From: Geosiphon pyriformis uo1
Lineage: Eukaryota > Fungi > Glomeromycota
Length of the DNA stretch: 64,000 nt
Direction: 5' to 3'
Assembly (NCBI GenBank): GCA_016748015.1
Contig: JAAOMT010000617.1
Location: 380,635 to 444,634, forward strand
Below the pieces are notes generated by a model. That model ran no database searches. It saw nothing but the letters and a program-made list of their open reading frames with translations, and was not told the DNA's origin. Positions 38,801 through 50,400 of this stretch are shown in pieces. The translations under genes and the position numbers were made by a program. Within the stretch, counting starts at the first letter, position 1. Each line of letters begins with the position of its first letter.

Positions 38801-41800
38801 AGAAAAGAGAAAGAAGAAAAAACAACAACCACCAATACCACTTCTTCTAACTCCTACACTTACACTATACTATTGCAATCTACCTATCATTAACCAAAAC
38901 TTATATGTGTTGATTGCGGCAAAAAATTGTCATCAATAGGTGCATGCTATAGTAATGACAAGAAATATACAACAGTGACCAAATTCTACTGCTGTGCATG
39001 TATTATAGAAAGGTTTGAATGACCAAAGAGGCAAAAAAAATGGGACAACCAACCTTGTCTCACTTGTGGAGAAACTTTTTTGGATGAAGAAATGTGGAAC
39101 AACATTTCAGGGTGAGAAAAAATGTGTGACAAATCATGCCAATACACGATTCTAATCAGTGACTGGGTAAGAAAAGGGACACCAATAAAAGCAGCTTGGA
39201 AAAGAGCAGTACAACAATTGGACAGTTGTCCACATGACAACAACAAGATCTGGAGAATGGCAAATGCCAAAATAGAAGGGGTGACACCCAAAAAAATCAG
39301 AGAAATCAAAAACAACTTACCAGAACCTATAAAACTTGACTGGAACAAAGAACCAGCCATAAATCTCCTGGAACTAGAAAAATTTCATGAACACTATCAA
39401 ACTTTAGCACCCACCAGAGAAAAACAAGAGCAATGTTTAGCACAGCTAAACACTCAATTATATAACCACTGTTTGATTCCATGTGACTTTTAATACTATA
39501 ATGAGTGTGATCTTATTTACAATCCACTACCATGCATGATCTACATGATCCTAGAGGAAGAAAAACCAATCAACAGCTATGCATCAGAATTGGAATCAAC
39601 TTTTAATCCCGATTCAAACTCCAACAATGATGATGACAAAAACAATGGTTCCAGCTCTGCTCCAAATAGCAAGAAAAATTATGATGAGTCAAACTCTGAT
39701 TCAAATCCTGAAACATTTATTGCACTTCTTGATCTCTCAAAGGAACAGGAACTCAAATAGTATAGTGATAATAATGAAAGTATCATGCCAGAATGTGCAT
39801 ATAATACCAACACAGAGTTTGATCTGAGATATCCAGGAAAAGAAGCCATCAAATTGGAACTAAATTCACACACATGTATTGATCTCAAAATAGCTCTGGA
39901 AATTCTAACAACAACTATGATCCAATTAGCATCTAGGAATAGTTTAGTGAAAAAAAGAATCAACATCAAAGAAGAAATAATTGATGCAGGATATGTAGGA
40001 AATATTATTGCCATACTACAAAATGACTCAGAAAAGATCTATATTATAGAACTAAATAAAAAGATAGCACAGACAATATTATTACCTCTGATGAAGATAG
40101 CTCAGTTAGTTTCAATGAAAAAGAGGGAAGAATTAGATATAACAGCAAGAGAGATACAGGGATTTGGATCAACAGGTAGAATAAATATACCAGTTAATAT
40201 GGCAGAAGAAGAAATTGTTGATAAAAGAAAAATTATCTCAACCCATCAAACAATTTCCATTCTGCCATATAACCAGTATATATTAGCCATAAAAAGGAAA
40301 GTAAAGGATCAAGCTCAATTGTTTGAAGCAGAAGCCACTATTTGTGAATCAGGCGAGATTGAACTCACCAATCTCTACATATCAGCCAAAAGCCTTAAAA
40401 ACATCAAAATCCTCATTTATAATGCAATTAGAAAGGTCATTGAAATACCAAAAAGAATCATCATTAGATATTTAACCACCAAAGTTGAGGATCAACCACC
40501 AAACCACATTCCAAATTTTCTATAGCTTTGCAGATATGTGAACATTACATCACAAACCATCTATGGAAGAAGTAAATGTTATCTGCTTCAACCAAAACAA
40601 TTGGAACAGATAAACATAGGAAATCTAGATCCACTTTAACAGATGCAACTATAGATTTTACTCAAAAATTTCAATGACATCTTTGCCAGTAAAAATGAAT
40701 TTGCCTGCCCCAATATTATCCAGCATCAAATCAAGACTGGAGATGCAATGTCAATTAAACAACAAGCATACAGAGTACCACTAGCTAGCCATGAGATCAT
40801 TTATCAAGAAATCAACCGGATGCTTGACAATGAGCTAATTCAGCCATCAATAAGTCTATGGTCATTACCAGTAGTACTAGTTCATAAAAAAAATGAAAAA
40901 ATCCGTTTTTGTGTAGACTACTGAAAACTGAATAGAGTAACTAAAGGTAATAGCTATCCAACTCCAAAAATCCAAGAACTATTCGATACTTTTGGAGGAA
41001 ATAAATAGTTCTTAACACTAGATTTAGATAGTGGTTATTGGCAAATAGTCATGGATCCAGCCGACAAAGAAAAAACAGCATTTACCACAAGAAAAGAAAA
41101 TTTTGAGTTTGAAGTCATGCCATTTGGCTTAATAAATGCTCCAGTAACATTCCAATGGCTCATAGAAATTGTTTATACTGGATTACTATGGAAATCAGTA
41201 GTCATATACTTGGATGACACCAATGTGTTCTCAAAAACATTTGATAATCATCTGCATCATTTCCAACAAGTGTTTGAAAGGTTGAGAAGAGCAGGATTGA
41301 AACTAAATACAACCAAATGTTTCTTTGGAAAAACTGAACTCAAGTTTTTGGGATATATAGTGAGCAAAAATGAAATCAAAATGAATCCAGACAAGATTGA
41401 AGTAGTTAAAAACTTTTTGGTACCAACCAACTTGACAGAACTAAGAGCATTTTTAGGTTTTGTAGACTATTATTGCCATTTTATCAAAGACTTTTCAAAA
41501 CTGGCTCAGCCACTTTACCATCTACAGACCAAGAATGTGAAGTATAAATGGACCAAGGCTCAACAAAAAGCATTTGACACATTAAGAAGAAAGCTTATCC
41601 AAGCTCTAGTATTGATGTATCCAGATCACAGCAAACCATTCATAATCACCACTGATGCATCAGGTCAAGCATTGGGAGCAGTACTATCACAGAAAAGATC
41701 AAATGAAAGAGAACATCCAGTAGCTTATGCCAGTAGAAGCTTAAGTCCAGCTGAGAAAAACTATGGAACTCCAGCACTAGAACACTTAGCTATCTATTGG

Positions 41801-42010
41801 GCTGTCATCAAATAGAAGGAATACTTGAGTCAAAAGTTTGAAGTGTACACTGATCACAAAGAATTGACTTCAATTCAGAAACAAAAATTTGCAAATGATT
41901 GTCATGCCAAATGGAAAATAGAACTTTTACCATTTAATTATACAGTACATTATAAAAAGGAAAAAAACAATGGAAATGCTGACAGACTGTTATGAATGAA
42001 ACAAATCTAA
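35822..42010 (+). pseudogene. gag-PR-Cys-rich-dUTPase-RT-RNaseH polyprotein of B3
   Basis: CCHC 'CHYCGKQGHLQINC'; PR 'LILDSRSV'; dUTPase 'IIDAGYVGNI..GFGSTG' (39785-40525); RT 'YLDD' and RH 'TDASG' (41051-41815); TAA 42008-42010. Confidence 0.9.
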
Positions 42011-42040
42011 AAACATTTCAACCCAAAAATATAACAAAAG

Positions 42041-43414
42041 ATGAACATACAAAAATACCAACAACTTCATCATTATATAAATACTCAATCATTCAAGGAG
42101 AAATTATTTCAAAAGGAACAAAACAACATAAAACAACAATCAAAATATTTTATCAATCATCAAAATATACTCTACTGAAAAAACAAAAGAAATCTAGATT
42201 AACCAATCAGAGTAATCACAGAACCAGAGAAAGAGACAATATTATTCAACATGCATTTAGATCCAACAGCAGGACATTTTCATAAAAAAGCAACCATAAA
42301 AAGAACCAGAAAAAAATACTATTGGCTATCAATGTATCTAGACATTATCTAATATGTTCAGAATTGTGATGCTTATCAAAGAAGAGGAGGAACAAGACCA
42401 AGTAAACCATTAAGACCAATCAAAGTGGGACAACTATTCAATCACATTGAAATTGACTTAGTTAGACCATTAACAATCACCAGTAAAAGCAACAGATATA
42501 TTGCAGTAGCCATGGATTATCTCAAAATGGCCAGAAGCAAAAGCCATTCAAAAAGCAGATGCAGAATCCATTGCCGAATTTGTTCATCAAGATTTGATAT
42601 ATCAACATGGATGTCCAAAAAAACTACTATTAGATTAAGAAACTTATTTTGTGAATAGAACATTAACAGAATTAAGTCAGAGATTTGGGATAAAAAAACT
42701 ATTATTGTCATCATATTATCCATAAACAAATAGACTAGTCAAAAGATTTAATAGAACACTGTGTAAAGCAATTGCCAAAATCAGTCAAGAAAACCAAGAT
42801 GAATAAGATTTGTTTATACTATTAGTATTATTTGCTTATCGAACAATGAGACAAAATACTACACAAGCAACACCATTTGAATTGGTATATGATAGGACAG
42901 CAACATTACCAGTTGAGAAAAAGGTCAACACATATCCAACTGAACCAATAACAGAAGCTAATTTTCAAGAAACATTGTTAAAAAAAACATATGACCTAAT
43001 GGAAACACTAAAAAACAGACAATGAAAAGCAGCTGATAACATTCAAAAGTCTCAAGAAAAGCAAAAAAAACGACATGATAACCAATTATCAGATAAACCA
43101 ATTGAATTCAAGATTGAAGACAAAGTACTTTTACATTGTACCAAAGCAGAAAAACAATAAAGTAAAAAATTTGATCCCAAATGGGATGGACCATTTCACA
43201 TAAAAGAAATTCTTGGAAAAAGAGCTTATAAACTAAAATAGGACAATAAAACCTTAACCAAAGCAGCACATAGTGATCAACTGAAACCATATCACCAAAT
43301 AGCATCATCATTTACCAATAATATTCCACAATTAGGAGTACAATGAATACTAGTTCAACCAGATGAGATTCCATGAGATCTGGAATCAATCATAATTATT
43401 GGACCAAACATGTA
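42041..43414 (+). pseudogene. Stand-alone integrase ORF of B3
   Basis: ATG 42041 'MNIQKYQQLHHYI'; 'IDLVRPL', 'VLFAYRT', 'KWDGPF'; many stops and frameshifts. Confidence 0.82.
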
Positions 43415-43455
43415 AAATCAAACAATAAAAGAGTATATAAAGACACAGTATACGC

Positions 43456-44405
43456 TGTTACTGAAAGTTTTTGGTCTCTTTTCTTGAATGTTGTAAATGT
43501 CTGTTGGTTGCAAATTCACGTTTTCTAAAAGTAGTTGAACCTCCAATAACTGAATTTATCTTCAAATTATCTTCTATAATTTGAACTTGCTGGGCTTATA
43601 AGTGGAATGGCCAATTTCTTGCCAGTTACTTTATGTAGTTACATTGTAGTAAACATCAACTCTTTCTCAGGAATTGTTTGTCTGGAAGTTCACAAAAAAT
43701 GTGTAGTTACTTTGCTGTGAAAGTCAACTCTTCTACAGGAATCTTGTCTGTAGGCTATCCTAATGATTATAATAAAAAAATAAAAGAAATGTAAAAAAAT
43801 GTAAAAAAAATTGAATTCTGTCAAGGAAAACGTTTTCTATCCAGGCCTAGAATCACTAACAGTTTACTGAAATTGGTAGCTAATCAATTTCAAAATGTTA
43901 GTTGGGTTTTGGGGATTTTCCAAGTACAATAATTAAAAAATTTGGTTTTTCAAATTATTTGATATTTATTTCTTTTTGTGTGTATAGGAATGATTCTAAG
44001 TAATAAATCTAAAGTAAGATATATTTTCTTAAAGAGAAAAGCTTTTCTTTTATACAACTTGTTGTAGTACTAGTCTATAAACTTGTACTTTTTTTCTTTG
44101 TACAAATCTTAGTGAACTAAAGATACATTTTGATAGACTACAAGTTATTTTGCTGAACTATTGATTAATTTGGGTGAACTATTCATAATTTCGGCGAATT
44201 TCTGAATGTTACAAAGTTCAGAGTATTGTGTAATTTGATCATCCTACTTTTTGTTATACTAATTAGATTATTTAATTGAATTGTAATATGTGATAATTAA
44301 TTAAATAATAAATGATAATTTGAAATGATATTAATATACTAATGAATTATAGGAATTATAAGAGTAATTTCATGCTAATTAATAGCTAAAATTCTACTGG
44401 TAACA
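43456..44405 (-). repeat. 3' LTR of E
   Basis: TGTTACTG...CTGGTAACA; direct repeat of 62221-63234. Confidence 0.92.
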
Positions 44406-45093
44406 TAATCTTCTCCTCAAGACTAAGCTCTATTGAAGTCCAAGCACTATCTGTGATATTAAAATAGTAATCCAAAATAATTGAAGTAATCTGGTCTGAA
44501 AATTGTTGAAATTTCAGTTCTGTAAGTTTGCCAATGTATTGGACTTTTATTGGTTGCAGTATTGGATTTTGTAGAACATTTTCACAAGTATTAAACAAAT
44601 CATAGAGTCTAAAAGCTGCTCTAAGTTTGTAGCAAGTGTTTGTTGGTCCAACTGCTGTTTTGAATTCATTATGAATTTGTTTTTGTATAGCTTTAAGAAT
44701 GAGATTTGTTGTTTCAAGTTCCAGTTTTCATTCATAAAGTGTCTTTCCAATGTGAAAGTATTTATAGATAGGGGTGTATTCATTGTTCTGTTCATTAAAA
44801 AGTAGTAGAAGTTTTTGTTGCATTGTAGCATTTGGTGGAATGTTAATAGGGACAATTAAAAGATTTTCTTTCAGTGCTTGCTTCAAAAGTCTTGGTAACC
44901 TATTTTCAGAGTGACTTCTTGTTTTTTTTCTATAGGGGTAATAGTTCTGTAAATGATTTACTACTGGGGCTGTGGTTTTTTTCTGAATGTAATTAATTTG
45001 ACTTCCATTAATTGTTATGGATAAGTCAGGAAGTATTTTCAAGACTAACATTAACTTTTGGGATATTTGTTGAATATTTCGGGGAATAATCAT
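44386..45093 (-). pseudogene. Family A ORF3 of E (internal stop)
   Basis: MIIPRNIQQISQKLMLVLK... homologous to D ORF3; runs into the LTR. Confidence 0.8.
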
Positions 45094-46462
45094 AATAAAA
45101 TTGACTAATTATGAAAAGAGAAAATAAAAAAAATTATTTTTAGATATGGGGTTTTTATTTGTTTTTGGGTTTGGGTGTTTTTTGTAATTATTTACTATTT
45201 TTTGTCTTTGTGTTTTTATTAAAGAATTATTGTAAAATTTAAGTGTTCAAGTTTGGTTGTTGTTCTATTATAATTATTGGTTCTAAATTTTGGGGAATAT
45301 CTTCAGGATTAATTAAAGGAGAATGTGTATCAATTTGTAGAATTAATGGTTCAGGATTGTTTCTGGAATGATAGTGTTTCAATCTGTCTCCATGTGCAAC
45401 TTTTGCTAGTATTTTGTCATCAAGTCTTAACTTGTATGATCTATTGCCTAGAATTTCGTGAATATAAAATGGTTCATCCCATTTATGTTCAAATTTTCCA
45501 CTCCATTGTTTTTTAGTCTTAGTTCTGTGTAAGAAAACTTTATTTCCAACTTTAAATTCGTTGATTATGGATGGTAATTTGTTGTCATGTCTTTCTTTTA
45601 GTTGAGCTTGGAAATGTTTAATATGAGTTGCTGCTATTCTTCTTTTTTCTTCCAGTATACTAAGAAGAGTGTAGACCCTTCTTTAGAGTGTTTCTTGAAA
45701 GTTTTCTTCATTAATTGGTTGCACAAGGTATGTTTCTACTGTGAAATTAATTGGTAATGTTGCTGTTTTTTCATAAGTAAGGTCAAATGGTGTGTGTTTT
45801 ATAGTATCTTGTTTTAGTGTTCTGTATGTTAGTAACACTAATGAAATAAAGATATCCCATTCCTGCTCAAAATCTGTTAAGACTTTGGCCAACAATTCAC
45901 ACAATGTTCTATTGAAATGTTCTATAAATCCATTTGTTTGAGGGTGATAAGGTAATGATAGAGGTCTTTTGACATTGAATTATTCAGAAATTTTTTGTAT
46001 CAAGTTGTTCACAAAATGTGTTCTTTGATTAGATAAGAGTTCAATTGAACATCTATGTCTACAAATAATGTCTTCATAGATGAAATTTGCTACTGATTTT
46101 GCATCTGCTCTTTAGATGGCTTTAGCTTCAGGCCATTTGGTAAGATAATCTACTGCTACTGCAATATAGTGATTTCTTTGGGTTGTAATAGGTAATGGTC
46201 TGACTAAATCAATTCCAACTCTGTCAAATAGTTGTCCAACTTTGATTGGATTTAAAGGTTCTATGGGACAAGTTCCTTCTCTTCTTTGACAACTATCACA
46301 AGATTCTATATATTGTCAAATGTTTTTTTGCATGTGAGGCCAAAAATAATGTTCAAGAGTTCTTTGAATTGTTCCATCTCTTCCCAAGTGTGCTGAAGAT
46401 GGATCTGTGTGTATGTTATATAAAATTGTTTCTTTTTCATTTTCCTGTACTAATCTGAGTGG

Positions 46463-47445
46463 TGTTACCAGACGAAATTAGAGATATTATTTAGCATGAA
46501 ATTATCTTATAAATTTTATCATTAATTAGCATATATTATCATTTCAAATTATCACTTATTACATTAGTAAAATGTTCGAAATTATTATTTAAATTAATAA
46601 CCCAATTTGTACACAACACAAATGTAACCTAATTGTGATGATCAATCATGCAATACCCCAAACTATGTAACATTCAAAAGTTTGCCGAAATTTGTAGAAA
46701 TTTACCAAAATAATTGATAGTTCACCGAAATATCTAATAGTTCACAGAAATAACTTGTAGTTTGCCAAAATGTATCTTTAGTTCAGTGAAATTGTAAAAA
46801 ATATCAAAGTTCAAGTTTATAGAATAGTGTTATGACAAGTTGTATAAAAGAAGAGCATCTCCTTTCAAGAAAATGTATCTTACTTTAGATTTATCACCTA
46901 GAACCATTCCTACATACACAAAAAGAAATAAATATCAAATAATTTGAAAAACCAAATTCTTTAAATTATTACACTTGGAAAATCCCCAAAACCCAACTAA
47001 CATTTTGAAATTGATTAGCTACCAATTTCAATAAACTGTTAGTAACTTCAGGCCTAAATAGAAAACGTTTCCCTTGACAAAATTCTATTTCTTTTACATT
47101 TCTTTTATTTTTCTTTTCTTTTTTTTATTACAATCATTAGGGTAGCCTACAGACGAGATTTCTGTAGAAGAGTTGACTTTCACAGCAAAGTAACTACATA
47201 TTTTTTTGTGAGCTTCCAGACAAGCAATTCCTGGGAAAGAGTTGATGTTTATTACAACATAACTACATAAAATAACTGGCATGGAATTGGCCATTCTACT
47301 CATAAGCCCAACAAGTTCAAATTATAGAAGATAATTTGAAGATAAATTCAGTTACTGGAGGTCCAACTACTTCCTGGAAACGTAAATTCACAACAAACAG
47401 ACATTAACAACATTCAAAAAAAGAGACCAAAAACCTCTGGTAACA
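46463..47445 (+). repeat. 5' LTR of D
   Basis: Direct repeat of 55370-56332; TATAAAAG at 46843. Confidence 0.95.
46681..46800 (+). promoter_or_regulatory. Phased array of TTCGCCGAAA-like motifs (20-21 bp period) in family A U3
   Basis: Six units with variable spacers, ending ~40 bp upstream of the TATA box; present in every family A LTR. Confidence 0.7.
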
Positions 47446-47490
47446 TTTGGTGCTCTCCCACAAAAACAACACAGCAAAAACAACTTCAAA

Positions 47491-50400
47491 GTGGCGACCA
47501 CACCAGACACAACAACTCTAGAGTATTACCAATCAATTTACACCCACTGCAAGCAAAGATTCAACATTCCAGATGGAATTGAAGTTGTCAAAAAATCAGT
47601 ATACCAATATATTGAAAACCGCATTAACAATTATCTTTTTGGAAATTACAATATCTTAAAAGTTAGAAGCAACCTTTACAATAATTTAGCACACTATTCA
47701 CAGTTGGGAACTGAAAACCTTAACAGCGAAACACTTGCCACTTATTTTCACAAACTTAATTTTAATATTATCAAATACTGTGAAGAAACATATCCAGTGC
47801 AGTCTCAATACTCTATTGATTTTAAATCGGAAACAGAAACAAGTAACAAAGGCAAAAACAAATTAAAGCAATACTCAAAAACCACCCCAAATACTCCAAT
47901 ACTACCAAAAACAACTGCCAAACATTTACAAACACCTGAACAAAGAACCAGTTCAAAACTTCCACTTATTATCACACTTTTTCCAGCTTCACTTGCACAA
48001 GCACAAATGCCTAATTTACCCTTAAATCGATTTGCAAGACCAGAAAATTTTACATCACTCAGAAGTTCCATTAGACAACAAGAACTCCTTCAAACTAGTT
48101 CCAATCTCCTTGACTTTCTAGCTGAAAATCAAAGTGAACACTCTGAGACAGTAGTAAACAAAGAAAACGAACCTGAAATATCTGAAGAAAAATCAATAGA
48201 CAGTGAAAACAAAAAAGACAAAATGACAACATACATTGCAAAAATCCCTGAATTTAATGGAGAAGACATTGAGACCAGTCCCCAAGAATGGCTCAACTAA
48301 GTTACTAAAACTGGAGATGCAAATGGATGGAATGCTGCCAGAATGTTAAGAACAATTCCCTACTTTCTTAAAGGAACAACAGAAGAATGGTTTGAAAACT
48401 TGGCTGCCCCATTCAATGATTGGAATGCTTTCAAAGCAGTCTTCTTTGAACAGTTCACTGACAATAATACCTCCATCACTCTTCGCAATTGTTTTTGAAA
48501 TATCAAACAAGAACCCTTCAAATCTGTTATGACTTATATTGGAAAATTCAACAAACTTCTCAGATGAATTCGCCAACTCAAAACAAATGATTATTATTCC
48601 AATGCTCAAATTTTGGATCAATTTATTGCTGGTCTAAAAGATAAACTCATTAAAAAGGTTTGCCCACATGTGCCAGAAAATTTAAACTCTGCCATACAGC
48701 ATGCGAAAAGATATGAAATGGCCATGGAAAAGGCCAATCGCACAAAACTTGTAAATTTGACAATTGGAAAAACCAGCTCAGCAGCTGAAAAAAAAATTGA
48801 CCAACTCACAAAAAAGGTTGAAAACTATTTCACCAATCAACAACAACAGCAACTTCAAAGATATCAACCACTCCAAAAACGAAATCAAAATAACTTTGTA
48901 CCACTTTCTAATAACCAGCCTCAGAATTGCCATTACTGTGGAATCTCTGGCCACTAGAAAAGAAATTGCAGAAAGCTACAACAAGACCAACAAAATAGGA
49001 GTAATCAATGTTACTCTCCACCACAGCAACCTTATTATCAACCACCACCACCAGCTTACTATCAACCAAGATCCCAATACCAAAATAACTATTATTAGTC
49101 TGTCCCACAGCCAATCCAACAGCAATACCAACAACCACCCACACAACATTATCAAGTACTTGCTTGAAGACTGATTACACAAAATCAATTCAAACCACAA
49201 AACTGGTACCAAGTAAACAACAATAGAATCAGTTCGAACAACCAATTAGTTCTCCAAAATTCCATTCAACCAAGACCCAACCACTACTACACTCAACCCA
49301 GTTATTTAACAATGGCAAAAAAACAGGATTTTCACCATACTGCATCCTTGGAAAATAGAGCTGCAGCACAACAACAAAACCTTTCTTATACTCCCACCAC
49401 AATCTCACCAGCCAAAATTGCTGAAAACGCTAACCTTTCAGATATATTCCCTTTTGAGTTTGAAGCAAATGAGTCACCATTTCTGCTTAGCAATGCAGCT
49501 GCCAATGAACAAAAAACAATCACGGCTATGTACACTGAAGCAGAAGTCAAAGGAAAGACAATTCACTTGATCCTAAACAGTAGATCCGCTGAAAGCATTA
49601 TCATCTATCAGTTAATACAACAGTTAAAGAGAAATATTGACCGACCAGCTCAAACAGTAATCATCACTGCCGATGGCATGAAAAAGACCCCAGTAGGAGA
49701 AATTAACAACTTTCTATTCACTCTTAATGGAATCACCATTTCAGTCAAAGTTCTTGTAATAGACGCATCTCAGTACCAAGCTCTCATTGGAAATGATTGG
49801 CTTCAAAAAGCCAATGCTAATCTGAATTGGGAAACACAAGAATTAACAATCTCTTACCAAGGACAACACACCCAGGTACCTGCCACTTGTGGTACATTCA
49901 ACAAACGCTCTGAAAAAGCCCCAGTTTTTGAATTTGAACCAGAAGAAGAAAAACCAATAATTGAAACATTCATGGCTCTTGGATCAATGTCCAACTGGGC
50001 TGATGAAACAGAACAAGAACATTTCACCCCACACTAAACCCGAAACCTCTGGATGAAATATCCCTTACTCAAAATCTGAACCAAGAAAACAATGCCCCTA
50101 TATTTCTCTTAAATGTAAGGACTGCCACAAAAAACTATCATCAATGAGAGCCTGTATTTCACCTGAAGAAAAATATAAAAATTATACTTGTTATTACTGC
50201 AAGGCTTGCCACAGAGAATGATGCGGCCATCTAATAAAAAAGAGCAGAAAATGGGACAACACTCCTTGTTTGACTTGTGGAGATATGTTACTGGAAGAAT
50301 ACAATTGAATTGATGTAGCCATGAGAGGAGGAGTCTGTGATTAGACCTGCCAATATGCTTTATCAATTTCAGAAAAAGTAAAAAGAGGAACACCCTTTAA

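Noticed and set aside
50025-50040. Programmed frameshift between protease and downstream pol in D
   Set aside because: A1 has two extra bases here and stays in frame, so it is a post-insertion deletion; the same holds for the 1-nt loss at ~51445.
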